A DNA stretch of 64,000 nucleotides from Phaeosaccion multiseriatum. Its lineage: Eukaryota > Protista > Ochrophyta, other classes. The stretch is from assembly GCA_965112735.1 (NCBI GenBank), contig OZ218962.1:1426001-1490000 (forward strand), read 5' to 3'. The position numbers and the translations under genes were made by a program. How positions within the stretch are numbered: the stretch's first letter is position 1; every line of letters begins with the position of its first letter. Shown piece after piece: positions 1-13,100 of the stretch. A model generated the notes under the pieces. It had not been told where the DNA came from. It made no database searches and worked only from the letters and a program-made list of their open reading frames with translations.

Positions 1-188
1 GGAGAAAAGAGGCGAATGCCATTTTTCGTTAGCGTCCCAACTTGCAAGAAGAAGAGGCGTCACCAACGGAGACACACGCCTTATGCCTTGCATCGGGTTG
101 TAGTCCCTCCAGACTACTGACTTCCTGCCTGCCTACTGCTCCCCCCCGTCCTCCACCTCCTCGTGCGGCTGTTGCCCCCCCTCCTCAG

Positions 189-3100
189 GCTCCCCCACGC
201 GGCTCTCTATGAACGCCGCGCCCACAGAAGACCCCAACGATCTGTACTTGCCCGGAGGGGAGGGACCCGACAAGTACGCCTTCGTGCTTAACCCTGGGCG
301 ATGGAGGAAGAAGACCAAGCAGTTAGTTACCCTCGGCCCCGCCTCTTGCACGAGGGAGCAAATCGAGACGCTCTTCCTGGCTGGAGCAGACATCTTCAGG
401 CTGAACTTTAGTCACGGCGCGCACGATGAGAAGGCGGAGCTCGTGAACACGATTCGCGAGATTGAAGCGAAGTACTCGCACCCCATCTGTATCCTCGGCG
501 ATCTGCAAGGGCCCAAGCTCCGGGTGGGCGTCTTTGGGCATGACAAGGTGCGGTAGAGAAAGGGAGGGAGACAGACAGAGTCAGAGACAGAGAGAGAGAG
601 GGGGGGAGGGAGAGGGAGAGGGACACACACACAGACAGAAAGAGGGTGCAACGCGTGCGCAGTGTTCGTAAGAGAAGTCCTGTCTGTCCCCTGTCCATCC
701 GTGCCTGCCCTGTGTTGCCCAAGTATCCCGCTCTCAACCCGCAGGGAATGAATGCTCTGCAATGCTCTTCCTGCTGCTCTCTGGCCCTCAGGTCACAGTG
801 GTGGAGGGGCAAATGTTCCGCTTCGACATGGACGGAGAACCGGGAGATAGGTGTGTACGTGCGTCAAGGGTCATCCATCAAGTCACATACCTACCATGCC
901 CAGACATCCCCTTCTGTCACCCTCCTCCTCCAACTCATATCCGCCGCGTGACCATTGCGTGTCTGCCTACCTGCCTCTCTGCCTTCCCGCCTTCCCGCCT
1001 TCCCGCCTTCCCGCCTTCCCGCCTGCCTACCTGCCTCTCTGCCTTCCTGCTCATGCACCTCCCGTCAGTGCTCGCGTGCAGCTGCCCCACAAGGAGATCA
1101 TTGACACTCTGGATGTGGGGGACGTGCTGCTGCTGGACGACGGCAAGCTCAAGATGACAGTGGAGGAGTCTGGAGAGGGATACGTGGAGTGCCGCGTCAA
1201 CGTGGGAGGCACGCTCTCCGATAAGAAGGGTGAGAGGGGGCGATTATTGATGCAAAGCTGTGCAATCAATCGCCAGCCCAAGTGGGTGTCGATTGCTGAC
1301 TGCCACACACACACACGTCGACTTGTCTCTGCGGAATTGCTCGTAGATGACCTTCTTTCGCGTTCAGACACACAACATATACATACCTACAAGCACGCAT
1401 AGCGCTCATCGCCTCGAGGCAAGCGGCTCTGGTGAAGTTCCGCGAGGCACCTTCTCTCGCCTCACCGCGCGCCGTCACTCAGCGCGGACGAGGCCCCGCA
1501 ACAGGTCCTGTGCCGAACCGCTAACTTTCTCCTCTTCTGTCTGTCTGTCTGTCGGTCTGTCGGCCCGTCTGTCCGTCTGTCTGTGTATACCTCAGGGGTG
1601 AACACGCCCACGGTGACGCTTCCCATCTCGCCCATGACCCCCAAGGACCGCGCTGACCTCGAGTTCATCCTCACGCAGAGCATCGACGTGGTGGCTCTGT
1701 CCTTCGTGCAGAAGCCGGAGGACATCATTGAGCTCAGGAGGGTAAGGATGGCAGTGGATGGCAGTGGATGGCAGTGGAAGGCAGGCAGGTAGGCAGTTGA
1801 CCCTCTCCCTGTGTTGGTTAGCGATTGGAGGAGGGCACGGCGGGTCCCTATCGACTCAAGTGCTTGCTGAGAGATGCTGACCCTGACCCTCTCGTCGCGC
1901 CCCTATCTTTCTTGTGTGTGCAGCTTGCCGGCCCCGATATGAAGCTCATGGCCAAGATCGAGAAGCCTCAGGTGAGTCAGGGAGGGAGGGAGAGAGTGAG
2001 TGAGTGGGCATGGGAGAAAGAGCTTCGCATCTTCCGTTGCACTTGATCATGGTCCTTCCCCTCTTCGCCTAAGCCCCCCCCCAACCCCTTTTTGGTTCGT
2101 TTGTCTCTCCACTGCGTGTGTATGTGGTGTGCAGGCCGTGGAGACGCTGCCAGAGATTGTGAAGCTCTGCGACGCCATCATGGTGGCCCGTGGTGACTTG
2201 GGAGTGGAGATGAACCCTGAGGATGTGCCCGTGGTACAAAAACAGATCATTGAATGCTGCAGGGACCTGGGTGAGTGAGTGAGTGAGTGGGTGAGTGAGT
2301 GAGCGAGTGAGTGTCGAGTAGTCCAAGGAAGCTCAGCGACCGACTCAGCGGCGCAATGCGATTCCCTTTCCCCGCCCCCTTCCCGCGTCCATTGTGGACC
2401 TTTCCGTGGAAGAGACGAAACCTCCTCACTTCCCATTTCCCTCCTACCTGAACAAACATTCCGTGAGAATCCTTCCCCTTCCCCCGTCCCCTCCCCCTCC
2501 TGACCCCTCCCTCTGTCCCTCTGCTCTCCTCTCTCTTCCTGGGCTCCCCTCCGTCCCTCCCTCTGCGCTCTCTCTCTCCTTTCTGTCTCTACTCTCCTTC
2601 TCTTTCTCTCACACACACACCCTCTCTCTCTTGGCCATATGATCAGGCAAGCCCGTGATCGTGGCCACTCAGATGCTTGAGAGCATGATTGAGAACCCCA
2701 CCCCCACACGGGCGGAAGCCTCGGACGTGGCCACGGCTATCTACGACGGAGCAGACGGTATCATGCTCAGTGCAGAGTCCGCCGCGGGCAAGTGGCCCGA
2801 GGAGTCGGTGTCCATGCAGGTGCGTGCGTGCGTGGGTGCGTGCGTGCGTGTGTGTATGGTTTTATGTGTGCGTGTGTATGTGTAGGTAGGTACCAGTAAC
2901 CAAGCCTACAGGAGGGATGAGACCCTTCCATCTTACCACAGCTTGCCGCCCTCGATACAGCGATATATTGATCGATTCCAACTCTCGAGTTTCCACCGAA
3001 CCTGGGCCCAACCTCCCCCCCCCCCCCTCCCGCAGGCTAAGATCATCACTCGAGTTGAGAGCAGCCCTTCGTATGGGAGGATCATGCAGAGGAAGACGGA

Positions 3101-4242
3101 CGACACGCAAATGTCTGCCACTGAGGCCATCACAAGAGCCGCGCGCCAGGTGGGTGGGTGGGTGGTGGTGGATGCCTTACGAACCCCAAGCCAAGCCAAG
3201 CCAAGCTCGGGAGGAGAGGGGGGTGGTGCGGCGCGAGACTCGCTCTCCAATTCTCTGATTGCGATGTATAAAGTCGGTTACGTCATCGGAGGCAGGCAGT
3301 TCCATGCAGAACGGCCTCTCGCCTCTCAAGGCAAAGAAAGGCATTGCGCCCTTCTATCTCACCTCTTGTGTATCTCTCCCTGCATCTTTCTCCGCCCCCC
3401 TCTCTCTCCCTCTCTCCCTGTTTTTGTTCCTCCGCCCCACCCTTCTCCCATCATCAGGTTGCGGGCTCTCTGAATGCCGCCGCCATCGTGACGTTCACCA
3501 TGAGCGGCACCACGTGTGCCAAGGCGGCAAGGCTTAGGCCCAGTGTGCCCATCCTCGGTGTGACCCCCAACATCAAGACCGCCCGTGCCCTGGCCATTTA
3601 CTGGGGAGTTTACCCCGCTGTGGTGCCTCACTCCACGGAGGAGAATCAGGGAGCCCTTTTCAGACAAGTACGTGTGTGTGTGTCCGTGTGTGCGTGTAGA
3701 CGAGAGCAGAACAGTGCAGAACAGGGCAGGACAAGGCAGGGGCGTGAGGAGGGAAGGAGCCTCCTCCCCTCCCCTCCTCTTCCCCGCTGCGTCCCCCCCA
3801 AAGGATCTCCTCCGTCCGTCCATCCATCCATCCGCCTCTCCCCCACGCCTCCCCTCCCTCCTTCCCCGAGTACTAACTTTTGCCTTCTTCTCCCTTCTGC
3901 TACGACGGGTCCTCCCGTTGTCCCCCTCCCCTCCTCTCCCTCTCGTCTCCTTCTCGCTGCTCCCTCGTCGTCCCTCCCCACGCCTCCACTCAACCCCTCC
4001 CCCCCCCCACGTGTGTGTGACAGATGCTAGGCAAGAGCTGTGCTGTGGCACTGCGCAAGAGGATTGCTGTGGACCCCAACGACCTGCTCGTGGTGACTGC
4101 AGGCCTGCCTTTCGGCACCCCCGGTGTATCCAACATTCTGCGTGTGGTGCCCGCCGCCGGTCCGGACATTTGGGACCCCAGCCTGACCGCAGACATGGGA
4201 GAGATGGAGGAATCTTACGTGAACTATGACGAGGACTTCTAA
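189..4242 (+). CDS. PYK: Pyruvate kinase, multi-exon; the 5' exon is unresolved or outside the window. Approximate exons 189-548, 792-850, 1069-1229, 1596-1741, 1924-1971, 2134-2270, 2647-2819, 3034-3149, 3458-3667, 4024-4242
   Basis: PK motifs across GT-AG-bounded exons: [118 protein letters not shown]. Confidence 0.96.
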
Positions 4243-4638
4243 ACAGGACTACTATACTAGTATGAGAAGGAGGAGGAGGAGGAAAAGGAGGAGGAGGAGT
4301 GTTTTGACTTGCACTTTTAGCCTTTTACTTCAGCGACGGGAGAGAGACGGCACAGGTCGGCGGGGGAGGTGACGGAACTTCCTTTCGGCCAGCCAGCGCC
4401 CGGCAGTATCCGTTCTTTCTGCGTTGTGGGTGGGACTCACTCACACTCTAATATGTACCGTAAACTTAATTTATTATTTACAGCAAGAAGCAGGGCCAAG
4501 AAAAAAGGAAAGTATCATCTCTGCCGCTCCTCAAAGAGGGTGAAGGTGGCTTAGTGACATCGACTTTCAGGGTGATAATGCGGATCCATTTTTTTATTTA
4601 TTTTTTTCCTTATTGGTTAGGTCTTATACTACGACCGG

Positions 4639-5715
4639 TCACTCGTCGAAGTCGTCGTCATACCCATAAGAGCTCTCCTCTCCGTCGTTGTTGCCCTCAC
4701 CCTCGTCGCCGCTGCCCCTGCCCTCCTCCCCGTCCTGTCGGTCCTCTCCATCCTGGCGCGGCGATACTTGCGCCGGAGGCTCATGCTCTTGCTCCTTCTC
4801 CTTGACCTGTTCCTTGCCTTCTGTTTCTTCCCCCTTTTCGGTTTCCTTGGTCTGCTCCTCCTCTCCCTCCTCGTCCTCCCCCTTCTTCTCCTTCTGCTGC
4901 TGCTGCCCCCCCTCCTTCCCATCTCCACTCTCCTGCTGCCCCTCCTTCGTATCCCCTCCTTGGTCTCGCTTAGTCGCCTCTCCTTCATTGCTCATGGTCT
5001 CCCTGTGCGCAGTATCTGCCGCATCACCTTGCCCCCCCTCCTCCTCCCCTTTCGGTGCAGTGTCCGCCGCATCCCCTTGTTGCTCTTCCTCCTCCTCCTC
5101 CTCCTCCTCCTCCTCCTCCTCCTCCTCCTCCTCCTCCTCCTCCTCCTCCTCCTCCTCGTCGTCTGTCAAGCTTTTGGCCGTGCTGCTCTCGCTGCAAGTC
5201 CCCTCTTCCTCCCCGTGTGCACTCTCTGCCTCATCCCGTCGTTGCCCCTCCTCCTCGTCCTCCTCATCCCCCTCCTTCTGCTGCTCCTCCTCCTCCTCCT
5301 CCTCCTCCTCCTCCTCCTCCTCCTCCTCCTCCTCCTCCTCCTCCTCCTCCTCCTCCTCCTCCCCCTCCTCCTCCTCCTCCTCCTTCTCCTCCTCCTTCTC
5401 ATCCTTCTTCTTCTCCTCCTCCTCCTCCTCCTCCTCCTCCTCCTCCTCCTTCTCCTCCTCCTCCTCCTCCTCCTCCTCCTCCTCCTCCTCCTGCTGCTGC
5501 TCCTCCTCCTCCCCAGCCGCCGCCGCCGCCTCCTCCTCCCCGTCCTCGCTGGCCTCTCGCACTGGTCGGGTCCAGGTAGATCTTCGCGCGCTAAAGAAGT
5601 ACGTGTGACCGCTTTCTTCATGCACCGCTGCGCTCCACCCGCTGGGCAGGTCCTCGTGATGCGAGTAGCCCCCGTCCTGCGCTTGCTGCTGTTCCTCCTC
5701 CTCCTCCTGCTCCTG

Positions 5716-5755
<40 letters not shown>

Positions 5756-7461
5756 GCTTTGGCACTCGCTCCTGAAGCCAACGTCCCGTGCGTCCCTCCG
5801 TGGAGCATCACCCCCCCGCTGCCCCTCGCTCTCGGCTTGGCACTGGCCGGTCTCCGCTGCTGACGACCCTGCCCCGTCCCTCCAGGCCCGCCCTTCGTAT
5901 GGAAGGGAGTTCTCTTTGGGGACGCTGACATGGGCCTCTGAGCCTGTACGCACCGCTGGTGTCCCGGTCCTTGTCGCCTCTTACTGGCATTATTGTCGTC
6001 CTGCTGATGAGTTGGGTTGAGTTTTCTGATCTCTCTCTCCAGCACCTGTATACGCAGTCGCTGACGCTCGTTTCGCTGGTACTGGGCAAAGACCACCCCT
6101 TTCAAGGTTAGCACGTCGGATGAAACGTACTCCCCCACTCCCCCCCCTTCTCCCCCTCCTCCTCCTGCTGCTCCTCCTCTAGAGGACCCGTGTCGCGGCA
6201 ATGCCCGTAGCACCTGAACAGCGTAGGTTAGAACACAGGTCGAAAGAGAAGGCGGGCAATGTCAACTGGGAGGAAGGAAGGAAGGAAGGAAGGAAGGATG
6301 GAAGGAAGAAAGAAAGAATGACACAACATCGAGACACACCTTAATAACGTCCATGTGCTCTCGGTCGTCCACGGCGGCGTTCATGCGCTGCAGCTGGGCT
6401 TTCAGTCTCGCATTCTCCTCCGCGAGGCTTTGGTTCCTGCTTTGCTGCCCGTCGCCCGCGTCTAGCTGGTCGTCCAAAAGCTGCGGCTGCTGCTCTTTGT
6501 CCCTCAGGAGGCGCCTCAACCGCTCGATTTCCACAAAGAACTCTTCCTTAGCAGTGGCCATTTCCATCATAACCAGCGAGCGCTGGCTTCTTTTTTGCCT
6601 TTCCAGCTCTAGCTCCCTCTGCTCGAGCTGGGTTTTCAAGCCTTCCATGCTCTCCCGCAGACGCCTCACGAGGAGGATCTTCTCAAGGTCCCGCCTAATT
6701 TCCAGCTGAATCTGCGGGGTGCCGCTATAGGGAAGACTCCCCTTGGACGCCCGCAGTACTGCCTCCATCTGTCTGTCGCTCTTGGAGACCTCCTGCTCCA
6801 GGCGGGCAAGAACTGTCCTGTCCTGGTACATTCGTATTTTGTTGCACCGCACCTCCTTCTTGTACCACCGCAGCTGCTCCTCTAAAGACTCGTGATCCGC
6901 CGGGCATGGATTCCCCAGTAACTCTACCCCGCCTCGGCCCGTCGCGGGTACCCCTCCCAGCGCTTCAGCGTGTTTGGCACTCTGAGGGCGACTACCTGCA
7001 GCAGCCCTTTCCAGAGTGAGGCGAGTCGAAGCGCTCGCTGGCCGAACCCTTGCCTTCTCCACAGGCTTCGCTGCACAGCTCATGCCTTTCACTTGTTCAG
7101 CTTGCGGCCACAGGTACATACTATGAGGATTTAGGTCATCATGAGGCCCCTTCGGCTCTCGAGGAGAAGGAGACCTCCCCCCACCTCCCGGCTCTCCTTC
7201 CTGTTGCCGCTGCTGCAACTTCCTCCGCCGCGCGACCCTCGTGGCCATCAAGGCGTTCCCTGCCGCTGCCGGACTTCCCCACGCCCCTCCTCCTCCTCCT
7301 CCTCCTGCTCCTCTTTCTCTTCCCCTTTTCCCTCCTGCACCTCTAGTCGGCGATGGCTCTTGCTCCTCCTGCGGCTGTGCGTACGGCATCCCCTTGTCGC
7401 TCTTTCGAGGCGGCTTCGTCCTGGCCCGAGCTCCCCTGCTCCTGCTACGAGCCCTCCCCAT
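4639..7461 (-). CDS. IQCE-like coiled-coil protein with a WW domain and a long poly-Glu acidic tail (exons ~7461-6341, ~6213-4639)
   Basis: Two long ORFs joined at DVIK/GT...AG/VLRAL. The coiled coil 'RTVLARLEQEVSKSDRQMEAVL...MMEMATAKEEFFVEIERLRRLL' recalls the IQCE N-terminal coiled coil. WW motif LPSGWSAAVHEESGHTYFF...STWTRP. Confidence 0.75.
5085..5510. repeat. (CTC)n trinucleotide tracts encoding poly-Glu on the minus strand
   Basis: Long near-perfect CTC runs. Confidence 0.95.
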
Positions 7462-7634
7462 GTTCTACAACCCCCTCAGACTCTGTCTCTCCCTCTTCCC
7501 CTCCAATCCCGTTACATTTTTGGTACCTGTGGTTGGGATTCGGCGGAACCATGGCACCCAACCACGAGCACTTGAAAATTGAAATCGCTCAACAAAGCGT
7601 CTCTTTGTCAAGCAAACAAGAGGGCAGAAATGAG

Positions 7635-8926
7635 ATGACAACAGCCCTGTGTTGCTGCTGTGGGATGGATGAGATGGATCCACAGGATGCTTCCTCTTTC
7701 GAAGAACCAGACGACTTCGGGCCGCCTCCTTCCTCTGAAGGCGATGAAGTGAGTCCTTTGGTCCAGGGCTTACACGCTTGAAGTTGGACCGACTCATGCG
7801 TTGCGTCCCCTCTTTTAGGCGGCTTGGGACTGTGCAATGACACACTCTATTAGCTGGACCAAGGACGACGAAGGGTGTCAAGTGGCCAACAGCTACCGCT
7901 TCCTCGAACGGCTGGGGAGTGGGTCTTACGGGGAGGTATCTCTGGTAGAGAGAATGGAAGGCGACCCTCCGTATCGACTCTTTGCAGCCAAGGTAGGCAA
8001 CATGTCTTCCTGAAAGGCTGTCCGGGAAGTGGGTGATAACTATCTTCCCGACTCTCTTCGGACAGGTGATGAGCAAGGCCCGCCTGAAGAGTAAAAGTGA
8101 ATACGTCAACACCCCCGAGGGTGGTATGAAGAAGGTCACCGCGTTGGACAAGGTAAGGCAACCACTTGCATGGGACCCTCCCCCCACAGGCCGCCTCCCA
8201 CACGGTGTCTTGTGGCCAATGGCCGCCTCATCCCCCCCATCCTTGCGTCCCTTTGGATGGGTCTCTGTCGGGAAACAACATCCAGGTGTACCGGGAGATT
8301 GCCATCATGCGGCACTTGTACCACCGAAACGTGGTCCTCCTCTTTGAGGTGATGGACGACAGTGAAGACGAAGGCGAGAGCCCCATTGTCCTCATCACGG
8401 AGTACATGAAGCTGGGGCCGACGATGGTGTACGATGAGGAGGAGAACAAGTTCTGTAGCCCGCGCCACGAGGACGGGGTCATACCCGAGGAGGAGGCCAA
8501 GGTTTTGCTCAGGGACTTGCTGCTGGGGCTGCAATATCTGGTGAGCGGAGCTTAAAACAGAAACATGTCCGAGCGACGGAGCGACCCTGAGAGTCTGAGA
8601 GAAGCATCCAGCCTATACACCTCCTTTCCTTTGCAGGGGCGAGGTGCTCGCAATGAGAGGGACTATCTTACCCTCTCTCTCTATAATGCTTGCAATTCTG
8701 TTTTTTTGCCCCAGCGGGAGCAGCGCGTGGCTCATCGAGACATCAAGCCCGACAACCTGCTGCTGTTCGAGAATGGCACCCTCCGCATCTGCGACTACGG
8801 CTGCGCAGTGCAGTTCCCAGAAAGGTACGTGTGCATACGTACGATAGGCGCCCTGTCACTTGTGAATGAGAAGAGGGGCTGACCCATCTGATGATTTCTC
8901 TCTTGTATTTCGCCTTGTGTGTATGT

Positions 8927-8973
<47 letters not shown>

Positions 8974-9626
8974 CGCTAAGCAGGGAGCAGCAGGGAGGCA
9001 GCGAGGGCGACGAGAGGACTGAGGCCCTCTTGCACGACACCACAGGGACGTACACCTTCCAGAGCCCGGAGAGCATCAGCGGGGACCCTTACAACGCGTA
9101 TGAGACGGATCTGTGGGCAGGTGGGGTGACCCTGTACTGCTGGCTGTTCGGCTACACCCCGTTCTACTATGAAGGTGCGTCGGTCGGTGAACGGGCTGCG
9201 GAGGAGGGATGTGGGGGGGGGGGGTGGCTTTGACCTTTGTCCTTTGTCCTTTGTTGATTATCCTTCGTCCTTCGTGGTCCGGTCCGCCTCCTCAATCACC
9301 TCCTTCCCCCCGCCTTCGGCCTTCCCTCGCGTCAGGGCTGGAGCCGTTATTTGAGGCCATCCGAGAGGAGCCCTTGGACGTGGGCGATGCCTTGGGCCCT
9401 GAGGTACGTGCGTGCGAGCTTGCGTGCGTGCGGCATGCAAACTCCATTCGACGACGCTCTTACAGCATACATACGTCCTGTCCTCCTTCCCCACTCATGT
9501 GTGCGTTAGGTGTGCAGCATGCTGCGTGGACTCCTTCACAAGGACTTGGACTCCCGATTGAGCCTGGAGGAAGCGTTGGAACACGAGTGGCTGGCGGATG
9601 TGCCCCCGCCCCCTTCTCCCTCCTAG
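7635..9626 (+). CDS. CAMKK/SnAK(GRIK)-like Ser/Thr kinase, multi-exon
   Basis: LGSGSYGEV, FAAK/VMSKARL, VYREIAIMRHLYHRNVVLLFEVMDD, HRDIKPDNLL, ICDYG, TTGTYTFQSPE, DLWAGGVTLYCWLFG, EALEHEWL. Confidence 0.88.
8918..8970. repeat. Intronic (GT)n microsatellite
   Basis: GT dinucleotide run just before the acceptor. Confidence 0.9.
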
Positions 9627-9810
9627 GGACGCTTTAGGAAGGGAGGAGCACAGTGTATATAAGGAGGTGGTGGTGGTTGGTGGTAATACAGATTAAGATT
9701 TATTTACTTATAGCAGTCCATGCACGTCACCTTCGTTAGCGAAAGACAGGCCAGGGCCTTGAGACAGACCAGGGTCTTGACTCGGGGGAGGGGGCGAGCC
9801 GAGCGGATGC

Positions 9811-9912
9811 GTAAGTGAGTGAGTGAGTGGGTGAGTGAGTGAGTGAGTGAGTGAGTGAGTGGGTGGCTGGGTGGGTGGGTGAGTGAGAGGGTGAGTGAGT
9901 GAGTGGGTGGGT
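9811..9912. repeat. (GTGA)n/(GTGG)n microsatellite starting at a GTAAGT donor-like site
   Basis: gtaagtgagtgagtgagt... Confidence 0.85.
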
Positions 9913-10108
9913 GTGGCTGGTGACCCATCGGCTCCAGGCGAGGTTTCTCTGGCCCCCGATCAGCAGAAGCCAGAGGCGGCCTGCGGCCGCAAGCAAAACC
10001 TCGCCTGGGGCCGAGAGCCACGATCACCAGCCCCTTTTTTTGTGTGCACGTTGGTGGTATACAGTATCAATTTCAGTGGCTTCTCCCCATTTTGGATTCA
10101 CTTCCCCT

Positions 10109-13100
10109 ATGCAGCAACAGCGGCCGCAGCGGCAGCAGAATCAGCAGAATCAGCAGCAGCAGCAACAGCATGCAATGACTGATAGGATGAGCAGCGTGAG
10201 CAGCTCCTGGGATGCGCTCTTGGAGCAGAGCAAGGATCTCAATGCCGGCCATGAGAAGGACTTTCTCCGGCCCCTGTCGCGCAGCGTGCATGGTCTGCAG
10301 ACGGCAGGCATGGCCATGGCCGTGGATGAGGGGATGGATCCGGATGCGGAGCATAAGGCCAGGGGACTGCTTGCCCAGAGCGTGGACACAAGTAAGATCA
10401 TGTCCTCTCCTCCCTCGCGTCCACACCCATGCTGAAAAAGAACCCCCAATGCTGTTGGTCTTCTGCCTCTCCTGCTGCTACTGCTACTGCTAATTACAGA
10501 GAAACTAGACCGCGACGTGCGTCAGCTCACGCTGCAGGCTATGCACGAGTCGTCCGAGCCTCTCGGAGATACTGACATTTACAGATATCTGGAGCACCAC
10601 CACGAGGCCATCGTGCACGGGGCCATCCAAGACGCCAAGGCGGCCGCAGAGAGGAACGCGCTGCAGCGGCAGAGAGAGTGGGAGTGGGAGGACTGGAGGA
10701 AGGCCAAGGAAAGGCTGATGAGGGACTTGGGGCAAAAGGTAGGGAGAGAAGGGAAGAGAAGGAGCCGATCAATCTGTCCACACAACACACACCCAGCTCC
10801 AAAGCTCCAAGCTCATGACGGCTTAATCCCCCCCCCGCCTTTCGCTCTTGACGTTGTAGACTGGGTCATGGTCGGCCGACACATATGCGCACAGCGCCGC
10901 GGATGAGTACGGAGACCTACCTCTGGCTCTGCCGCAGCCTCCGCCACACACGCCCGCCAGCATCCAAAGCAAGGTAAGACTAAGACGAAGAGCCTCTTGT
11001 TTGCCTGCCCCCCGTGTGCGCGGCGTGGAGCAACAGCTATTGACGCCCACCCCCCCTCTTTCCTTCCCCTTTCTGCACTCTTGCCTATCCCGTCCTCACC
11101 AGTTGACGGAGCCCCTCAAGGCGTATGCTCTGGTGGTGAGGGCCTTGAACAAGCACGACTTGTCGGCCAAAGGCAAGGCCAAATACGCTATCCTCGCCAA
11201 CTTTGCACAGGTCGCCAAGGAGCAGGTGCGATGAATGAACGAGGGGGGGGGGGGATCCTACCGACTATTCCGTTCTAGTCCTGTCGAGGAGGGCCTACTG
11301 ACCACTCCCTTTCGCCGCTCCTTTCCTCTCTCCTCTCTCTTGGCAGGTGCCGAGAGGGGCTCCGCGCGAGTCTCCACAGAACGGGTGCGAGAGGGCGTGG
11401 CGGCTACTGCAGTCGATGTTGGAGGGCACGAGTCGGTACGTGCGCAAACGAAGGGGAGAGGGAGGGGGTTGTCTCGTTGTGCTGTTGCTTCCCCTCCCCT
11501 CTACACCACTCAACACACCCCTCGATACCCCCCGATACAAAACTCTCCCCTTCCTCTCCTGCGGGCCGGCAGGGCGGCGGTGGAGGGGGAGAGCATGGAG
11601 GCTCGGAAGGTCCGTCTGGCCGAGGGGACGGTGCAGTACCTCGCTCAGCAGATGCGCTCCGTCGTCGAGCACAAGGTAGAGCTCGCCATGGCCTCTGGTA
11701 GACTCATCGCAGGACCGGCAGGAGGGGTGGCTCCTGGCTTGCTGGGACAGGTGCAGTGCTACGTGGAGCTGTTGCGTCTGTCGGAGGGGCAGCTGGCGCA
11801 GTCGGCCATGCTGGATGGTCTGCCGCTGTGGCCCCAGGTGTACTGGTGCTTGCGCTGCGGCGGGCAGAAGGAGGCACTGGAGCTGGTGGGGCAGGCCGTG
11901 AGGCGGGGCGTGTCGGACAACGCGCTGAGAGTGGTGTACAACCTGCTGGGCAGAGACGCGCGCCAACGGGACTTTGAGGATTGCCGGACCATCTACTTCC
12001 GGCACAAACAAGGCACCGGTGGTGGTGGTGGCACCGGCCCTGCTGCCGACCCCTACCGGCAAATGGTGCTTAATCTCCTCGTGCTGGAGGACTCGTCGGG
12101 TCCGGATGCGCTGGCTCTGGTGAACAAGATTGAGGGCTATATGTGGTTCCTCCTGTGGTTCGTTGTCAAGCAAGCCGACATGGTGAGTGCGGAAGGAAGG
12201 AAGGAAGGAAGGACGTGCATGACACACATACTGCGTGCGTGGGTTTGGACGAGGAACCCCACCCTCTTCTTCCTCCTCTTTCTCCTTTTCCCCCTCCTGC
12301 TGCTTCTGTGCCACTGTTACTGCTGCACTTGCTTTCCCTTCGCACCCCTTAAACCTTCCGTAGAACCCCCAAACCTCACTGATCTCCCCCCCCCCCCCAC
12401 AACCCCCGGCAGGAGGAGCTTTCGGGTCCTCGCTACAACCTCGAAGATCTGCAGACCAAGCTGGTGCAGTGGGGCCCTGGGCACTTCGACAAGCAGCGCC
12501 TCAACCCGTGGGGTTACGTGCTGCCTCTGTTCATGTCGCAGCAGTTCTCGCTCGGTGTGCGCTACCTCTTCCACTACGGCCTCGTGCCCGAAGCGGTCCA
12601 CTTCTCCATCGGCCTGCAGTACCATGGGGTCTTTGAGTCTGGGGGAGGGGGAAGGGGGCCCGACGGAGAGGGAGGAGGAGACAAGAGCCAAGCTCTGCTG
12701 ATGATGCAGGACAGGGACGCTCTCTCCTCTACACCCTCCTCCGCGCCGCCAATGTCCGACGAGGCTCAGCGGGACTTTGCCGCCATCGTTACGGGCTACG
12801 CGGAGGAGCTGCAGGCCTCGGATCCGGAGGTGTGTGTGGAGTACATGCTGAGGCTGCATGGCGCCGGGCCCAGGGCGGCGGAGATGTTTGGAAACGCCGT
12901 GGAGAAGCTGCTGCTGCAGACCGAGCACATCTCTATCCTAGCAGGTTGGTTTGTACGATGAAAGAGAAAGAGTGCATCTCTCTGTCTGCCTGTCTGTGTA
13001 TGTGGATGATTCGTTCCCCAGCGTTCTGTACTCGCAGGTTCTTGAGATGAAAGGGGTGGACGTGTATGATGGGTGTCGGGAAGCACAGGCTCATATCCTT

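Noticed and set aside
549-4023. Introner elements
   Set aside because: Introns are not mutually similar apart from microsatellites
4688-5775. Poly-Ser/Leu/Pro/Arg ORFs
   Set aside because: Alternate-frame and antisense shadows of the (GAG)n poly-Glu exon
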